This document shows, one piece after another, positions 36,297 to 51,210 of a stretch of 64,000 nt of DNA. The stretch comes from Adineta vaga (Eukaryota > Animalia > Rotifera), in contig CP075493.1 in NCBI GenBank assembly GCA_021613535.1, positions 11,656,001 through 11,720,000 of the forward strand, written 5' to 3'. Made by a program: the position numbers and the translations under genes. The stretch's first letter is position 1. Each line of letters begins with the position of its first letter. The notes under the pieces were generated by a model. It was not told the DNA's origin and searched no databases. It saw only the letters and a list, made by a program, of their open reading frames with translations.

Positions 36297-37480
36297 CTAA
36301 CTGATATCAAGATCAAATTTCTGTACGCAATTATTTGCTTGATCAACGACAAAAAGATTATCTTGACAATCGAATGCTAAACACCAAGGATAGTAGAATT
36401 GCTTTGACGCTTGTCCACCTCTATTTCCACCAACAATAATAGTACCCTCATCGGCATTATGGAACCAACGCATTATTCGGTAATTATATAACTGCCAACT
36501 ATACATATATATATTATCCAAATGATCGACAATAAGGCGTTTAGGATAAGATAATTGTGAAAGACTACTTCCTCGACCTCGTTCACAGGCAACGATAATT
36601 CCTTGTTTTGCAGTTCTAGTCTATTTAACTACTCGATGATTGCATCCATCTATCCATCGTCTTACTTCATTTTTCATATCATCATATATGTAAATATCTC
36701 TATTGTGATCTAATATCAGAGTGAAACAATTAATATTTAAGATGATGGATTGTCCTGTTTCATTATATCGACGAGGCCTACGCAATACTTGTCTATTTCG
36801 AGCACCACAAATAATAAATGAGTCATTGTTTTTATCAAAAACTACATCCAATAGGAATTCAATGAACCTGTTGGATTTTCAAGTTTATTTCCTCCAACAA
36901 CAGTAACTTCATTTTGTATCCATTTAGAATTGTTAGAAACTATGATAATCAAAGAAATTTTCATCGTTTTTTTTACTGTATCACTTACTTGATGGTCGAC
37001 TATAGTAGTTATAATTGTAATTGATATTGTAGATGTAGACGTTACGTTGACGCTATTCATTGGAATAAAATATGTTTTACATAATGATCAGAGAGACTCG
37101 CAGAATCAAACTATGGTCTTACTTTCGACTGATGGACAAACGCGTTGATTAATCATTGATACGGGATAACAGAGTGGACGATGATGACACCGAGGATGTT
37201 GAACACAGATAGTATTGACTTGATAACATGTATTATCAGAAGAATTAGATGGGGGTAAGTTGTGAACATGTTGCCCAAAGAAAACCACAAACACCAGTGT
37301 TATTAGCATTTAACATATGAAGACAGCCACGAGCACTATTTGTTGAATATCGACCATATATATTGAACGGTATCTTGACATAGCTGAGATTTGCCTAGAA
37401 GTATTAGGGTGGAATCGATAAAATATTCAGAATAGCATAAATATCGAACCTATGACACTAAAATGAAGATAGTTTACCAT
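36297..37480 (-). pseudogene. Cys-rich leader plus NHL-repeat protein pseudogene
   Basis: Cys-rich segment CYQVNTICVQHPRCHHRPLCYP, a Thr-rich linker, and NHL repeats in several frames with stops (e.g. VVK*TR at ~36621). Confidence 0.8.
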
Positions 37481-38502
37481 AAAAGAGCAAAAGCAAAGCA
37501 ACGAATTCGATTTGTAATTATCATTGTGCATTCAAATGGAATAGCTTGATAAACTATTCTCTTTATATGCAGTACGCATGTGATGTTTTAATCCCTATGC
37601 TTACATATTCGTTTTATTTCTTTTCCATAGGTCATAAATGCATTCGATGTGAAAAATAAAATTAATTACATTACCTGATAGCAGTAACTTGAACTTGCTA
37701 AAGTAGACACGGATTTGAAACACGTGTGAATTTCATATACTTATGAAATTGTAAGTATATGGGCAATTCGAACGGAAGAAGTAACAGAATAGAAAACAGT
37801 ATCTTCCAATAACTACAATGTGCGTGTTGAAAGATTACTGAAGTCACTATTTATATGGTGTTTTTGAGACATAAATATGCACATACAACTGTAAAGCGAC
37901 GTCAGCTAAGTGAGTGTAAGTTTTGATTGAATACTTGTGGATGTATTATTATTTTTTCAACGAACATTTTCACATATGTCTCAGTTATACGGATGATTCA
38001 TAGGATTTATTTTGATATATTAAGCATAGACTTTGTACAGATAATTTAACAAATAATCTTTTCTTTTTAGTATCAATAAGTACAGCACAGTATTCGCTGA
38101 ACGGAAGATATTATGAGTAATACTGAAGAAATTATAACTAATTTTAAAACTTCATTTTGAGCTATCTGTGTATTATTCAGTATTGTGTTTTGTTATATTA
38201 ATCTTGAATAATACAAAAAGATTGTCTAAAGCAGCAGACTATGATGCCAGAATTCACTATGAAATTTAGAAAAGATTTTTTTCCACTAGCTTTGAAGATA
38301 TTACTATTAATTTCTTTGTATGTCTATGAATTTTGAATAGCTGTATGCTAGAAACTGATTTTTCTTGCAAAATATGAGTTTTTGCTATATATTCTATATA
38401 CGTAGTGTGCAATTGAACGAAAGGTTGCACATCATTCACGCTACAATGAATGTATCCATATGATTCATGATTATTATGATGTTTATTTGAGAAAAGCTTC
38501 CG

Positions 38503-40157
38503 TTAAAAATCGTCTACCCACAAATAAATCGTACCATTCAGTATTTTACATGTGAAAGTATCGGTTTTCGATAAGCTTCGAACGTTGTGAGAGAGCCATT
38601 GATGTGTTAACAAGTCTTTTTCTGGCCATGTAGAACAATTTGATTGATAACATGTATCAACGATTAAACTTGATAGATATTTGAAAGTGTCTAATAGAAT
38701 CTGAAATTCTTCATGAGTATGTACTGAGATTCGCAAATGTTCTACTCGTGGATAAATCAAACATAACTGCACGAGATTTGATTCAGATTGAATATGTGAT
38801 TTTTGACAAACGTGTCGAATATATAACGTGCGAATCTGTTCAAAAATTATATTATGTGTTGGTTGAGTCAATGGAAATTCATCAGAAAATGTTAATGATA
38901 TTAATCGAGGTAAAGCTCGAATAATATTAACAAGTAAATTAAAAGTGAGAACATCTATATTCTCCTTTGTTTCCAATACGAGTGACGTGACATTAGGAAA
39001 ATGATATTCAAGTTGAAATGAGTCGGACAAAGTAAGTTGATTAACATATTCATTGAGACGAAAAGTAGATGATGTACATCGAAGTTTACAAGAATCTGCG
39101 GAATATTTTCTATTGATTGGTGCAAATCGAGGTATCGTGAAAAAAGAAGCTGGCAAATCTCGATCATCATAAGCAACAAACCATCGTTTATATCGAAGCC
39201 AAAAAAGAGATCGAAATGTATTGAGAATCTGTGATACGGATGAATCTTGTATCCGATCATGGAGACGAAATCGGAAGTCAAATGTGTCAAGTCGTAAAAT
39301 GAGCGATTCCCAAATGTTTCCATTGAGAAGATTGACATCAGCAAAAATATCAAGTTCCAAATGAATTAGATTCGGCATTTTAATCAAAAGTTCTTCGAGA
39401 TCAATTATCGAAGGTGATGGAGCTATATAGTTTCATTGAAAAAGTAAGACAAAAAAGAAAAAGTATAAAGTTTATAGTTACCTAGCATATAAATTTCTAA
39501 TCGTTTGAGATATTTCAATTGAAATGAATGTTCAAGGCTTCTTCGTTCTAGAAAACATCCAAGATTGATGCTTAATGAATGCAGATTAGGCATCATTTTA
39601 AAGATACTGGGTAATTGAAAACTATTTACGCCGGAAATATGACGTAGACGAGGTAATTCACAATCCATAATAGATCGAATACTACACATACATAATCGAT
39701 TCAATTCATGTAGCTTAGGTATATAAATAGATGAATTGGAAAGCAGACTTGTTGAACATACGAAGGAAAGTCGAGGTAATTTGAGTGACAATAAGCTTTT
39801 GCAATTTTGTATCCACTTAAATGCATCTTCATTGATTGTATCAATTTCAAGTGAACGTAGATTGATAAAATGTTCAACTTTATGTCGAGAAAAGAACAGT
39901 TCACATAGCCCTGTCGTATAATCATTATCAGACAAGATGAGAGCAATAACTTGATGCGGTTGAATCAGACGACAAGTTAATTCGAATTGGGATTTTCGAA
40001 TAGAACGAAAATCAAGAATATAACGATCATAATTAGATAAAATACGATCGAAACGATCGCCCAGATTTGAAAATGCTTGAAGAATCTCATGTGCTCGAAA
40101 GTAGATGAAGATCGAGTGAAGCAACTCGACAGGAAGCCGATCAAATTGATTCGTCAT
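38503..40157 (-). CDS. F-box/LRR protein, 2 exons (intron 39481-39423)
   Basis: FDRLPVELLHSIFIYF F-box, LRR-like strands and FRSLFWLRYKRWFVAY. The splice restores the frame. Confidence 0.85.
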
Positions 40158-40705
40158 ATCATGAAATGATTCAAAACAAAAACGCACTTGAAATCATTTT
40201 TTTCTATTCTCTTTCTGTTTTGTTGGAAAACGTGTTTTTTTTCTTAGTTAGAGACAAACGTAAATCAATACGATTGAAGGAAAAGAAAAACAAAGTCAAT
40301 ATATATAGTTAATGTATTTAAAAGTAAGCATCCGATTTGTCTTTGATATCAAAATAATATAAAAATAAGAATTATATAAAATTGTATCGAACGAGAACGT
40401 GCTCTTCTTCTTCTAGATTAATCTCATAAAAGTACCAATCTTATTATTATTAATTTCATCTGATGATTCATTATTTCTTTTTTGCGTTCATTTACTATCT
40501 CTGATGTTCGCTACAGGACCAATGAATGAAAATCTACTTGAAAAAATAAATTTCGATCACTTCGAGGATGTGATTATGTGTATTGATTTATAGATTATTA
40601 CGTTAAAATGAACTTATTTATATGAATCTGATAGTTCAGATTCTTTTATTGGAAGAATTGGAAAAGTTTTGATATATTTATTGTATTTAAAAATAACAAT
40701 CAACA

Positions 40706-41026
40706 TTAGTTTTTCATCAATTTACATTCTAGTTTCTTCTTTGTTCGACACAAATAGTCATCGTAGTTCTGATTCTGATTCTTTTCCATTTCTGAATAAA
40801 ACCAATGAGGTACAGCTACCACTTTATTTTTATAATTTATATTTGTATAAATTGCGGCCCAATTATTTAATGCTGCTGGATGATTTTTAGGCGGAAAGGC
40901 TGTACATCTATCTTTATCATCACTAATCGAAGCTAAATACCATCCTTGCTTCTGTGCATGTTTCCAGAGCTGTGAAAAATCTTGTTTACTAGTATGCACT
41001 GATGGTTGATGTTTCTTAGTTGACAT
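40706..41026 (-). CDS. Hypothetical protein, possibly with further 3' exons
   Basis: Protein-like ORF from MSTKKH with no recognised motif. Confidence 0.45.
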   Translation of the reverse strand: MSTKKHQPSVHTSKQDFSQLWKHAQKQGWYLASISDDKDRCTAFPPKNHPAALNNWAAIYTNINYKNKVVAVPHWFYSEMEKNQNQNYDDYLCRTKKKLECKLMKN

Positions 41027-41595
41027 TTTTGTATTTTTCTGCAGTGAATGATGAAAAAACATATCATTCATGGTACACGTGGTGAATGATATGGTCGAAT
41101 AAATTTAGTAGACGTAAAAGGGAAGAAGTACATATTTTCAGATAGCACTCAAACGAAATTTGATGAAAATTATTGTCTTGAATAATCCAAATTCGTAAAT
41201 AGCTATTTTAATGATGATAATAAAATATTTCATGCTATCATAGTATGTCAGCGAACAAGCAATGTTTTCAAATTCTTATGTTTTTTAAAGTCGTTTTAGC
41301 TCAAATTTTTATTAGTAATACTCTGAATTATCACTTCCGCTATATCTTCCCAAAATACTTTCGAATGATTTATGACATTCGTTTCAAGTATATCCCCACT
41401 GAAAAGCAATCAAATGATGATACACGTCATTACATCACATGATACAAAAATGAAAACGAAAGGTATATATGACTAATGATGAATTCCCAACTTTGTTTAT
41501 GTCAAATTAACATACGCTTAGAAAATTCCAAGTAAATATATAATAAAAAAATAATTATCATTACAGTCATTACTTTTAGCGCAAAAAGAAAAGAA

Positions 41596-42272
41596 ATGAG
41601 TAATTCACTTACTGTTAAGTCCAAATATTCAGCTTATTCAACATTACGTTGTGGATATACTTGTGTATTTCTATTACTTCTTCCATGTTTCGCCTGGGGT
41701 GCGTATGCTGCGTTTACATTTATTAAATATCACAACATAGAAACAACATATAGAAGTACAATATGTCAATTGCTAAATTATACAGTATTGCAACATGATT
41801 GTTTACGTTGTGCATCTTTTCATTGTACAACTGATCAATGTTTTGATGAACAGATGTTTGTAACATATCCTATTCATAATAAAACTTCAATATCAAGTGT
41901 CTTTATCACTTTCAATCAATTAAAAATGCACGATCAATCACAGGTACACTTTTTTAGATATCTCTACCTGAAAGCTATAACTGAATTATTCATTTGATTT
42001 AGATTGGTAATAGTTATACCTGTTTCTATCAAACAACAAATCTTACATCAATCATGTTCGATCTTCCTGATAAAACAATACCTCTAACTATATTATGGAT
42101 TACTGTGGGACTTATTATCATTCCTTTTTCGATTTTCGCCATAGCTTTGTTGTATATTCTTGGAAAAATGATAACTAATTTCTGTATAAACGTTTTCCGA
42201 AATAGTAATATTAATTTTAACTATGAACAGGCAAATGTCCACGATATTGAAAATTGCTCAACCAACAGCTGA
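41596..42272 (+). CDS. Two-TM protein with Cys-rich extracellular loop, 2 exons (intron 41944-42002)
   Basis: TM, Cys loop, then IGNSYTCFY and a second TM; topology reminiscent of BK-channel beta subunits. TATA-like motif upstream. Confidence 0.7.
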
Positions 42273-42756
42273 TTTAAATGACAATCTCATATCTTACTTT
42301 ATTTTTTTATATTTTTTTGTGAATACAATCATAAACTCGAAGAATAAAAGTACTTCATCGCGTTCTTATTCAGATGTTAACTGTTGAATATAATTTAAGA
42401 CATACTATTTTCAATAAATAGATGATAGATTTGATTATGGGTATGGATAATTCTATTCGTAAGCATTGATTATACGCACTTATTACGTTTTCTTGCAACA
42501 TACTAAAACATTTATCAAAATATGTGTATCTGTGTGTACTCAGATCTTGAAAAGTCTCTTTCTATAAAGAAAAGTTTATTGACGCATACCCATTCCTTTT
42601 TTTTTATATTATTTCTTCTCATTGGTGTTGTCTAAAGATAAAGTTATCTATTCAAACAATAAGAATAAAGTGAAAAAAAACGGAAAGTCATTTAACTATT
42701 ATATTTAAATTATTTGACTGTCGAGCAAAGTAACGTCTACTGCGCGATTTTAAAAA

Positions 42757-43425
42757 ATGGCTCAACACTTTCAAGCAACATTAAACTCACCACCTCCATA
42801 TAGTGTCAATGCTAATAACAATACACAACAACAATCGTGGTCATTTTTTCTGCACTTTATTGATCCATTACAATCGACGAAATTACAAAGTCTAGGAATA
42901 GTTTTCATTATATTTGGTATGATTTTCGATGGGTTTAGAAGCTGCATTGTATTCCATAGAAAATAGCCTGTAATTCAATCTTTCAATTCTCATATTTTTG
43001 TATAATAATAATAATATCTACTACTTTCTATTCTTAGATCATTAACACTAATTTTTTATGACTACTCACTCTCGGGAGCTTCCTCGTTTACTATCGGTGT
43101 TACTTTAGTAATCTTATGTCGTCAACAAATTTATGTATTAATACCGATATTTGGTTTACTTCTGTTTCAAATGAATCACCCTATAAAGAAAGTTGTTGCA
43201 TATGGCATTATCATTAAACGTCTATCTACAAATTGTCATGAATCATACTCTTCTGATTGTGGCTCTACATTTCTTGTAATAACATGGGCAAATTCTATTC
43301 TCGCAGGTATTAGTGTTGTTTTCACTTTAGTGACAGTGATATCGATTAAACAAGCTTGTAATCCATGTCGACTTGCATCTCAACAGCCCACACCATCAAT
43401 GATGTATATCACTACAGCTACATAA
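42757..43425 (+). CDS. Tetraspan (MS4A/CD20-like) membrane protein with N-terminal PPPY, 2 exons
   Basis: Splicing to AG at 43037 gives about 4 TM segments and a Cys pair before the last TM. Confidence 0.6.
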
Positions 43426-43911
43426 TCCACTAGTGATTATACATCCATTGTCGTAGTTACTAACTATCAAACTAAATTAAAGTTTTTCTATGCTTTTTTG
43501 TTTCTTTTTCGCGATGAATTATATAATCTTGTAGAAAATCCAAACAAATTTGTACGAATAACAAAGAAGATATACTTGTATCGAAAACTCAAAAACACAT
43601 TGAGAGATTGATAAAATCATTGAAGTGACTAGCTGCGAAACTTGTTGATAAATCGAAAAGAAAATATCTACACATTTATTACATAACGAAAAAAATGACA
43701 AATTTAATATTGATTTCCTTCTGAAAATTCACTCAAACTAGTATTCATTTGTAAGAGAATGTGAGTGCTTGTAAATATCCATATGAAAAAAAACGTTGTA
43801 ATATGGCGTATTGTCTTATATTAATGTCTGCCCTCTACAAATGTCGGAAGGTATTGGAAACAGTGTATGTAGGTCGATATGTATTAAGAAATAGTATTTA
43901 TCGAAGAAGAA

Positions 43912-43932
43912 AGAGAGAGAGAGAGAGAGAGA
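43912..43932. repeat. (AG)n microsatellite
   Basis: agagagagagagagagaga. Confidence 0.7.
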
Positions 43933-44301
43933 AGGAAAGAAAATAAATATCGCGAGTGTTGGCCATCAATGTTTTGTCAAAATAGAGAAGGGGTAATGAG
44001 ACAAGCATGTTTCTCTGCAAAGAGAAAAAAAAAGATTCGACACATAGTACATAGAGGCAAAAATATGTATTTTTTCTTTCCTTTACTTTCTCTTAAAATA
44101 ACAAACACTGCACCATAGTAAAACAAAAAGAACATTTTTGTCTTCATTGATAAAATGCTCGTACAAAAACAAAATATGGCTCGACGATTATTCAATACAG
44201 TAAGATTTTTTTGTTATAAAAAAAAATAAACTAATTCATAATTCTAGAGCTTTTCCATTCCAACACTTATCATAAACAGAACACTCACATCCGAAACTTC
44301 T

Positions 44302-44743
44302 GTGAAAGCCTTGAAAATCTTAGGTGTTGGTGCAGGTAGAAAACCGATACCTGATATAGAAAAAAAACTGAAAGAATTAGGATATAGCAATTTTAAACCT
44401 TTGGGCCTGCATAATACGAAAGAAAGTGATCAAGAATTTATAAATGCACTGAAAGAAAAACAATGGGATGTAGTTGCAATTGGTTCGTTCAATTTTTTTC
44501 GTAATTCATTCATTCATTTATTTTCAATATTCGATTGTAGGCGCTTATGTTAATGGTTTTGATCAAGCAGCACATTACCGCGAAAAAGGTGTTTCAGAAG
44601 ATCGTGTTGATATACTTCATTGGTTCAATCGTGTTTTGAATTTAGTGCATGAATTAGCACCAAAAGCGAAAATTGTTCTTTTGAAAGGCCCACTAGATTT
44701 TTCTGAAGCAATCCCAAGAATTATGAATGGCGAACAAAAATAA
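44302..44743 (+). CDS. Small alpha/beta protein resembling a bacterial/fungal hypothetical family, 2 exons, no ATG found
   Basis: WDVVAIG|AYVNG...FNRVLNLVHELAPKAKI...P.D..EA..R, with a GT-AG intron at ~44483-44540. Confidence 0.6.
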
Positions 44744-44895
44744 ACACAAACATTTCAGTAAAACCTGGATTTTTTTGTATTAGTTAAGTAGATTATACGA
44801 TAATATATGTACTAATCATCTCTATTTTACTTTCAAATTTATACAAGAAGTAAAGAATTTCAAGTAATAAGTGAAATTTCTGATTAGAAAGTCAA

Positions 44896-47800
44896 TCAAT
44901 TGTTATTAAAACGTTCACGTATTCGTCGAACTGTTCGTTCGATGACATCATTGAATTCCTTCTTATATATTTTTGATGGCAATACAAAGACGATGAATGT
45001 TGCCATTGATGGTAAAAATGAAATTAAATAAGCAAGTAGAAATAACCAAGAATTTCGAGGTGATTTCATACAACCAGTGATAAATGAAATAATTAAACGT
45101 GGTAAAGCTAATAGGATCAATGCACATGATGTAATCAGATGATGTGTATGCTGTTTGAATTGTAGTTGAAAATGTTGTTTAAATGTTAATTTTGGTTGAA
45201 TAGTTGCACGAGAACGAGCCATGGATATAATAATAAGAAAAATTGAAATAATATTGATTGTAAATGGTGTAAGAAAATGAAAGAGATTAATAAATGAATT
45301 ATAAATATTTATTGAAGATGGATATTGAATTAAACACCATGTTCGTTTTTCATCAATATCAATATCATCTTCTAATTTGCGATAAAGTGGAATATGAATA
45401 TGTGTTAATATTGTGAATAAAATAATACTAAAACTAATCCATTTAGCTAATTGTTTACTTTTTGATTTATTAAATTTAACACTTTTTATGACAGTAAATA
45501 CTCGTTCGATTGAAACACTTCCATAAAGCCAATCATTTGACGTTAATGTTACTTGAATAAACATATCTAAGAATTGACAACTAAAATTCAACCATGATCG
45601 ATTTGTTAGAAGATTCATTTGAGAAAAGATCAATTGCACACATTTCATAACTAAGAAACTTATTAAAATGATGGAAATCCATGAAGAAATAAATAAATAT
45701 ATACCACAACCAACCGCTTGTGTTTTCTTTCTATAAAATGTCAAAACTGATAGAATTACATTAATTAAACCACCGATAAACATTAAAACGATAATGACAA
45801 TAGTTAATTTAACAATAAATGGTTGTTTAGATAATGAAAGATTTGGTTTAATATGATAACCAAGAATATAATCGAGTGATAAAACAAAACCTTTTGTTGA
45901 AAATTGACATTTGGCTCCATAATAACAATCATCACAAGAACATATTCGTGAACTAGGACATGTAACATTATCTTGAAAACATTGACCGCCATTTTCACAA
46001 GGATTTTCATCTTGACAATCATATTTAATTGTACGATTAAATGTAAAACAATTCGAAAAACGATCTTGATCACATATACACATGTAATTTTCATCATAGA
46101 AACACATTACTTTGAAATTTTGTCGACATAAATATGGATAATATTTAATACGATGATATCTAGAATACGATCGTAGAGTTTGATTAAATAATTCATTTAT
46201 TGACAAACATCGTTGATTTATTCTTAATTGATTTTGAATATGTTCTGATTCAATAAATTTTTCTCTTAATACGACTACATAATACATTTTATTGATTAAT
46301 TCAACAAGAAGAATATGATACGATTGTGCAACCAATAGAGTTATGGAATCTTCATTGTATTTCACCTTTCTCAATATTGTTGTTCGTTGATGTGCTCTTG
46401 TTTCAAATGCAGTAATATAATGAAAATAGATCATTTTTGTTTCTCCAATAATTTCGTCAGTTAATTCAATATCAATACGACTTTTGTTGTATTCACATTT
46501 TTCTCCATGAAAATTTTCTTTGCATAAACATATAAATTGTTTCATATTAAAACGATCATCCAATGGTACAGAAATTCCATTATTTTCACATGTATGATTG
46601 ACGAGATGTTTTAAATAACATTTTGAACCAAATTTATCAATCGGACAGACACATATCGACGATGTGTAACAGAAGGAATCGGATGAACAGGAACAATGAT
46701 GTGAAGTTTCACATTGGGGACCTGAATAACCTTGATTACATTGACAAAAATATGATGTATTTGTATTAATATATTGTACACATTGACCATGGTGACCACA
46801 AAAGAGTGAACAAGATTTCGATTGTGGATTATCTGGAACAAATAATTGAGTTGCAATACGATTAACTGGTAAGAATTGAAAAGGAATTGGTAAATACCAA
46901 CTTGCCCAATAAGTTAACGTAATTTTATCATAAATATCAATATGAATTGAATAATTCGCTGAAGAATTTTTCGGTTGATCAGGATATAGAAGATATAGAT
47001 TAAATTTTTTGTCACAATCTTGTTTTGATATATAGATCATTTGTTCATAATACGATGATATTTTTCTTTGTTCATTCATAAGAAAAATCATGATTTGAAA
47101 TACAGGTGTTGAAAATTTATTCATACGATAGATCAATTGAAATGTTAAACTTACACGTTGATTTTGCCATTGACATCGTTCACCAAAATAACTTGGTGGA
47201 CAAAAACATTTTATTGTTTTATTAATGCTAAATCGAATAGATATTCCTCGATTACAATACCAAGATGTTGATGGTTCTAGGAAAATATACGGTACTTTTG
47301 GATTTGGGACAACTAGTCGAAGGGTATTGTTGTTGTTATTATGGGTCGTATTAATTGCTGGATAATTACTTAATTTTGATGTTTGTAGAAAACGTTTCTT
47401 TATAGGTTCTTCAGAAAATTTCGATACTAAAACGCATATATCTGTTGGAAAGAAATTATTCTCAACATAAGTTACTATCCTAAAAGCTGGTGGTAGTTGT
47501 GTTTGAAGTAAACAAACGCCGTTATCCTCTATAGGCAATGATGATTCATGAGATAGTAAATGTTTCGATGTAATACATTTTGTTTTATTCCAGAGGAAAT
47601 AATTTGTAGAATTTATATATGTATTACTAATAAGAGACAGTTTACGTTCGAATGTAGATGATAATGTTGTATGCCAGTAAAATTCTTTTAATTGAGAGAA
47701 TTTTGTACAATAATGATCGCCGAATCCAATTTCTGTAACACAAATATGTTCGTTGAGTGAACATTTGCTGTCGGGACAATTTAGTTCATCAATACCATTT

Positions 47801-49589
47801 AGACAATTCCAAACATGATTACATCGAACATATGGAGTATCACATGGCCATTGATTACAATGGGTTTCATCAGTATCATTCGAAAAATTTGTTCTTTTTA
47901 TATCATTATATTCATCACAGAATAAAGCAAAGGGAACATTTCCTTTCTGAATATCTCGTTCATATATAGTTAATTCATCTTCACCATTTTGACAATCATA
48001 ACGTTTATCTTCGAGAGCAATGAATGATAAACATTTATTTGTTTCAGATGAACAATGAAACCTCCATGTATCATTTAGTTGACATGCAGGATATAATTCA
48101 TCTTCGCGAAAATAACAATCAATCTCGCCATCGGCTAGGCGATGTTTTGAAATACATTTGAATGATTTCGGACAATGAAATAAAGACGAATCAGAACATG
48201 TCAGTTCTGATCCAATCGTTCTGCAACGTAAAATGAGATCTTTAAACATTTCAAATACAATAGAATGCCAAACGTCGATAGTTCCTTCGATTAATCGATT
48301 TCTTCGACAACAACTGAAACGATTATTAATTTGAAAGTCTTCTATACAGAATAACAGTGCAGGACATTGACTTGCATTAAAACAAAGTAAATCTGGCATA
48401 AGATCAATCTCAAAATCAGCAATTGATCGATTATTGAAATAAACAAACTGAAAAAAGCCAAAAAAAGTAGGATATTCAGGCCAAGCAAACCATTGTAATG
48501 AGCAATTTGTAGTAAAATTTATACAAAGATTATTTGTATCTGTTAATGAGACACGAAGTAGTCTATTGAGACGAAGTAAACAATAGACCATTTGTCGACA
48601 GTTCATATCGAGATATAATCTGTTGTCACAAACATCTCCGAGGACATGTAAAGTCCTCGATAATTATAAGGAAGTAATGCAAAATGAGGCAAGAATTGTT
48701 CAATATATGAACCATCACTACAAGAAAAATAATATCGATATCGATTTTGATATTCTTCACAACGAAATGTTGAAATTTCAAGACAATGAAATGGCTGCAG
48801 TGCATCCATAAATACAGACTTATATGTTTCATCTGAACCATCGAGACAATCTAAACTTGTTGCTCCATCATAAACATACGCAATAGGAATACATTGTCCA
48901 CCGAAATGACAACGATATTCATCATTTGCGCATTCATTCAGTTCTAATACTGGACAGAATTCTTCATCTTCACCGTTGAAACAATCTAGTTTTCCATCAC
49001 AAATTTCACGCCAATCGAGGCATACAGTTGACACACCACGATAACAATTAGTTACAAATGGATAACATGTACCAGCTAGAAACTCCTTTGTAAACGGCGG
49101 CGGTAGCCGATAATGAAACAGCGCATGAACAAGATCACTAAACATTAGTGTAGTATTATATAATAATTGATATTGACACGTAGAACCAAACCAAGGTGAT
49201 GAACAATTATAGAATATTTTACTCGAATTTTTACCATTGATTTCATAATCTTCAGCTATATCAACTGGCACAAACCATTCAAGTAATCGTGCACTTGTTA
49301 TATTCTTTCGATATAATTCAGTAAAAGTGACTTGATTTTCAATGTTTCCATGTAATGTCGATACTAAGAGTTTCTCTTCATCCATATCATGTTGCCGACA
49401 ATATGGAATTAGATTATAATTAGTTAGACGAGACACACCTTGATCTTCTGTATAATCTGATATATCAGTATACAAACAATCGTACTTGGTATGCGTTTCA
49501 TATCGATTATTCAGTTGATATAAAATATATCGAGCATCGACGAAGAAAAACAATAGAAAAAATATCACTAGTTGCGTGGTTGAGGACAT
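44896..49589 (-). CDS. LDLa + EGF repeat class A GPCR with one frameshift at ~48607
   Basis: Signal peptide, LDLa repeats (CLDWREICDGKLDC..GEDE), EGF repeats (CFCPPSYFGERCQ) and seven TM segments with SIERV. The two ORFs overlap by 4 nt. Confidence 0.88.
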
Positions 49590-49992
49590 TTTTTATTAAA
49601 TTTAATGAGAAACTAATGTTTTTATATATACTAAAAGAAAATATGATGAACATATGTATTGGCCAAGTTTTGATAGAAAGGATAGATTTTAAAGGATTTA
49701 CGCACATTCATTTACAAAACTAATCTTTTTTTGCTGCCATTTATTACAAAGACGGAAGCTTGCTTTCCTCTCATATGTATATGCAGCAAAAAATTATATT
49801 ACATCTAGCATATGGTTAAACAGATTTGATAAGAAAATATGATAATTTCAATATCGAAGAACAATTTGAAATCATGCAAAACAAGTTCTTTCATACTGTT
49901 GTGTAATTACATAGATATCTATATAAAAGATATCGAGTGGACATAAACATTGCTAGTATTTATTCTGATTATCTACAACGAAGAAAACTTTC

Positions 49993-51210
49993 ATGTCAGC
50001 AACAAAACGACAGAAGATTGAAGCAAAGAATGTTGACTCAAGTACAACTTCCATGATGATTACAAAATTTGAACAATTACCAAATGAACTGCTCTTCAAA
50101 TGCTTTAATTATTTTTCTTTTGATCTATTATATGAAACATTCTTTGGTTTAAATCAACGTTTGAATACATTACTTCTATCGGATACAAATATTTATATTG
50201 ATTTGAATTTAATTAGAGATGAACATCTTCTAACTTTTTATTACAAATTACATCATTTTTTATCGCAAAGTAAAAATGATTCATTAGCAATGAGCAGTCA
50301 TGATGAAATTCGATTCAATTTAATAATGAAAAATAATTTATTTCAAGATCAATTTTTGAAATTGAAATCTATAGCATTGTGCAACATACATGCTGATTCT
50401 ATATACGATGCAATATTTGATGAAAGAATGGAGTTGTATAAAAGATTAGAACGATTGATTTTACATGAAGTTAGTGAAGAGGCAGAACATGGTTCTAGTA
50501 TAGGAAGTATGATGCAACAATTTTACTTGTTGTATTTTGTATGAGCTAGAAAAAGAAAGATATCTTTTGTAGGATTATGCAATCGATTGATATCTTCAAA
50601 AATGGAAGCATTAAAATTTTTAAATATCAATTTCAAACCATATCGATGTGGATGTGAAAACAATGTTCAATCAGGTTCTGATGATGTTAATTTAGAATTG
50701 GATAATCTATCAGGAAAAAGTCAATCATTTAGTAATTTAGAAACATTGATTATTGGAGGTAAAAAAATCTTCTCACTCAATTTATCTGACTGATTAGCTA
50801 CTTCAATAGATATTCCTGGAGAAGATGATGATTCATATACAAAAACTCGTTTATCGTTTCATACTTTGACCGAAGAAGTATTACCTCGTCTACCAAAATT
50901 AAAGAAACTATTTATAAATCTAATTCATTTTGATCAGGACATACATTTTCATTCAATGGGAGTATGTATCAATATCTATAATTTATAATTTATTTCTGTA
51001 TAATAGATTCATCGACCAACTGTTGGAAAGAAGACAATTGTGAAATTGAATTTGAATACAATCAAGATTTGGACCAAATCAGTACGAAATACTAAGAATA
51101 TGGATAATCCAAATAAGAAATTATTGAAAAATTTCTTTTTGAATTCGAAATTATCAGATGGGTCAACAATTGAAAAATTCTACATAAATAATGAAAATGT
51201 TCTGGCATAG
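49993..51210 (+). CDS. F-box protein, 4 exons
   Basis: TKFEQLPNELLFKCFNYF and LRR-like segments. GT-AG introns join the ORF pieces to the stop at 51208-51210. Confidence 0.75.
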
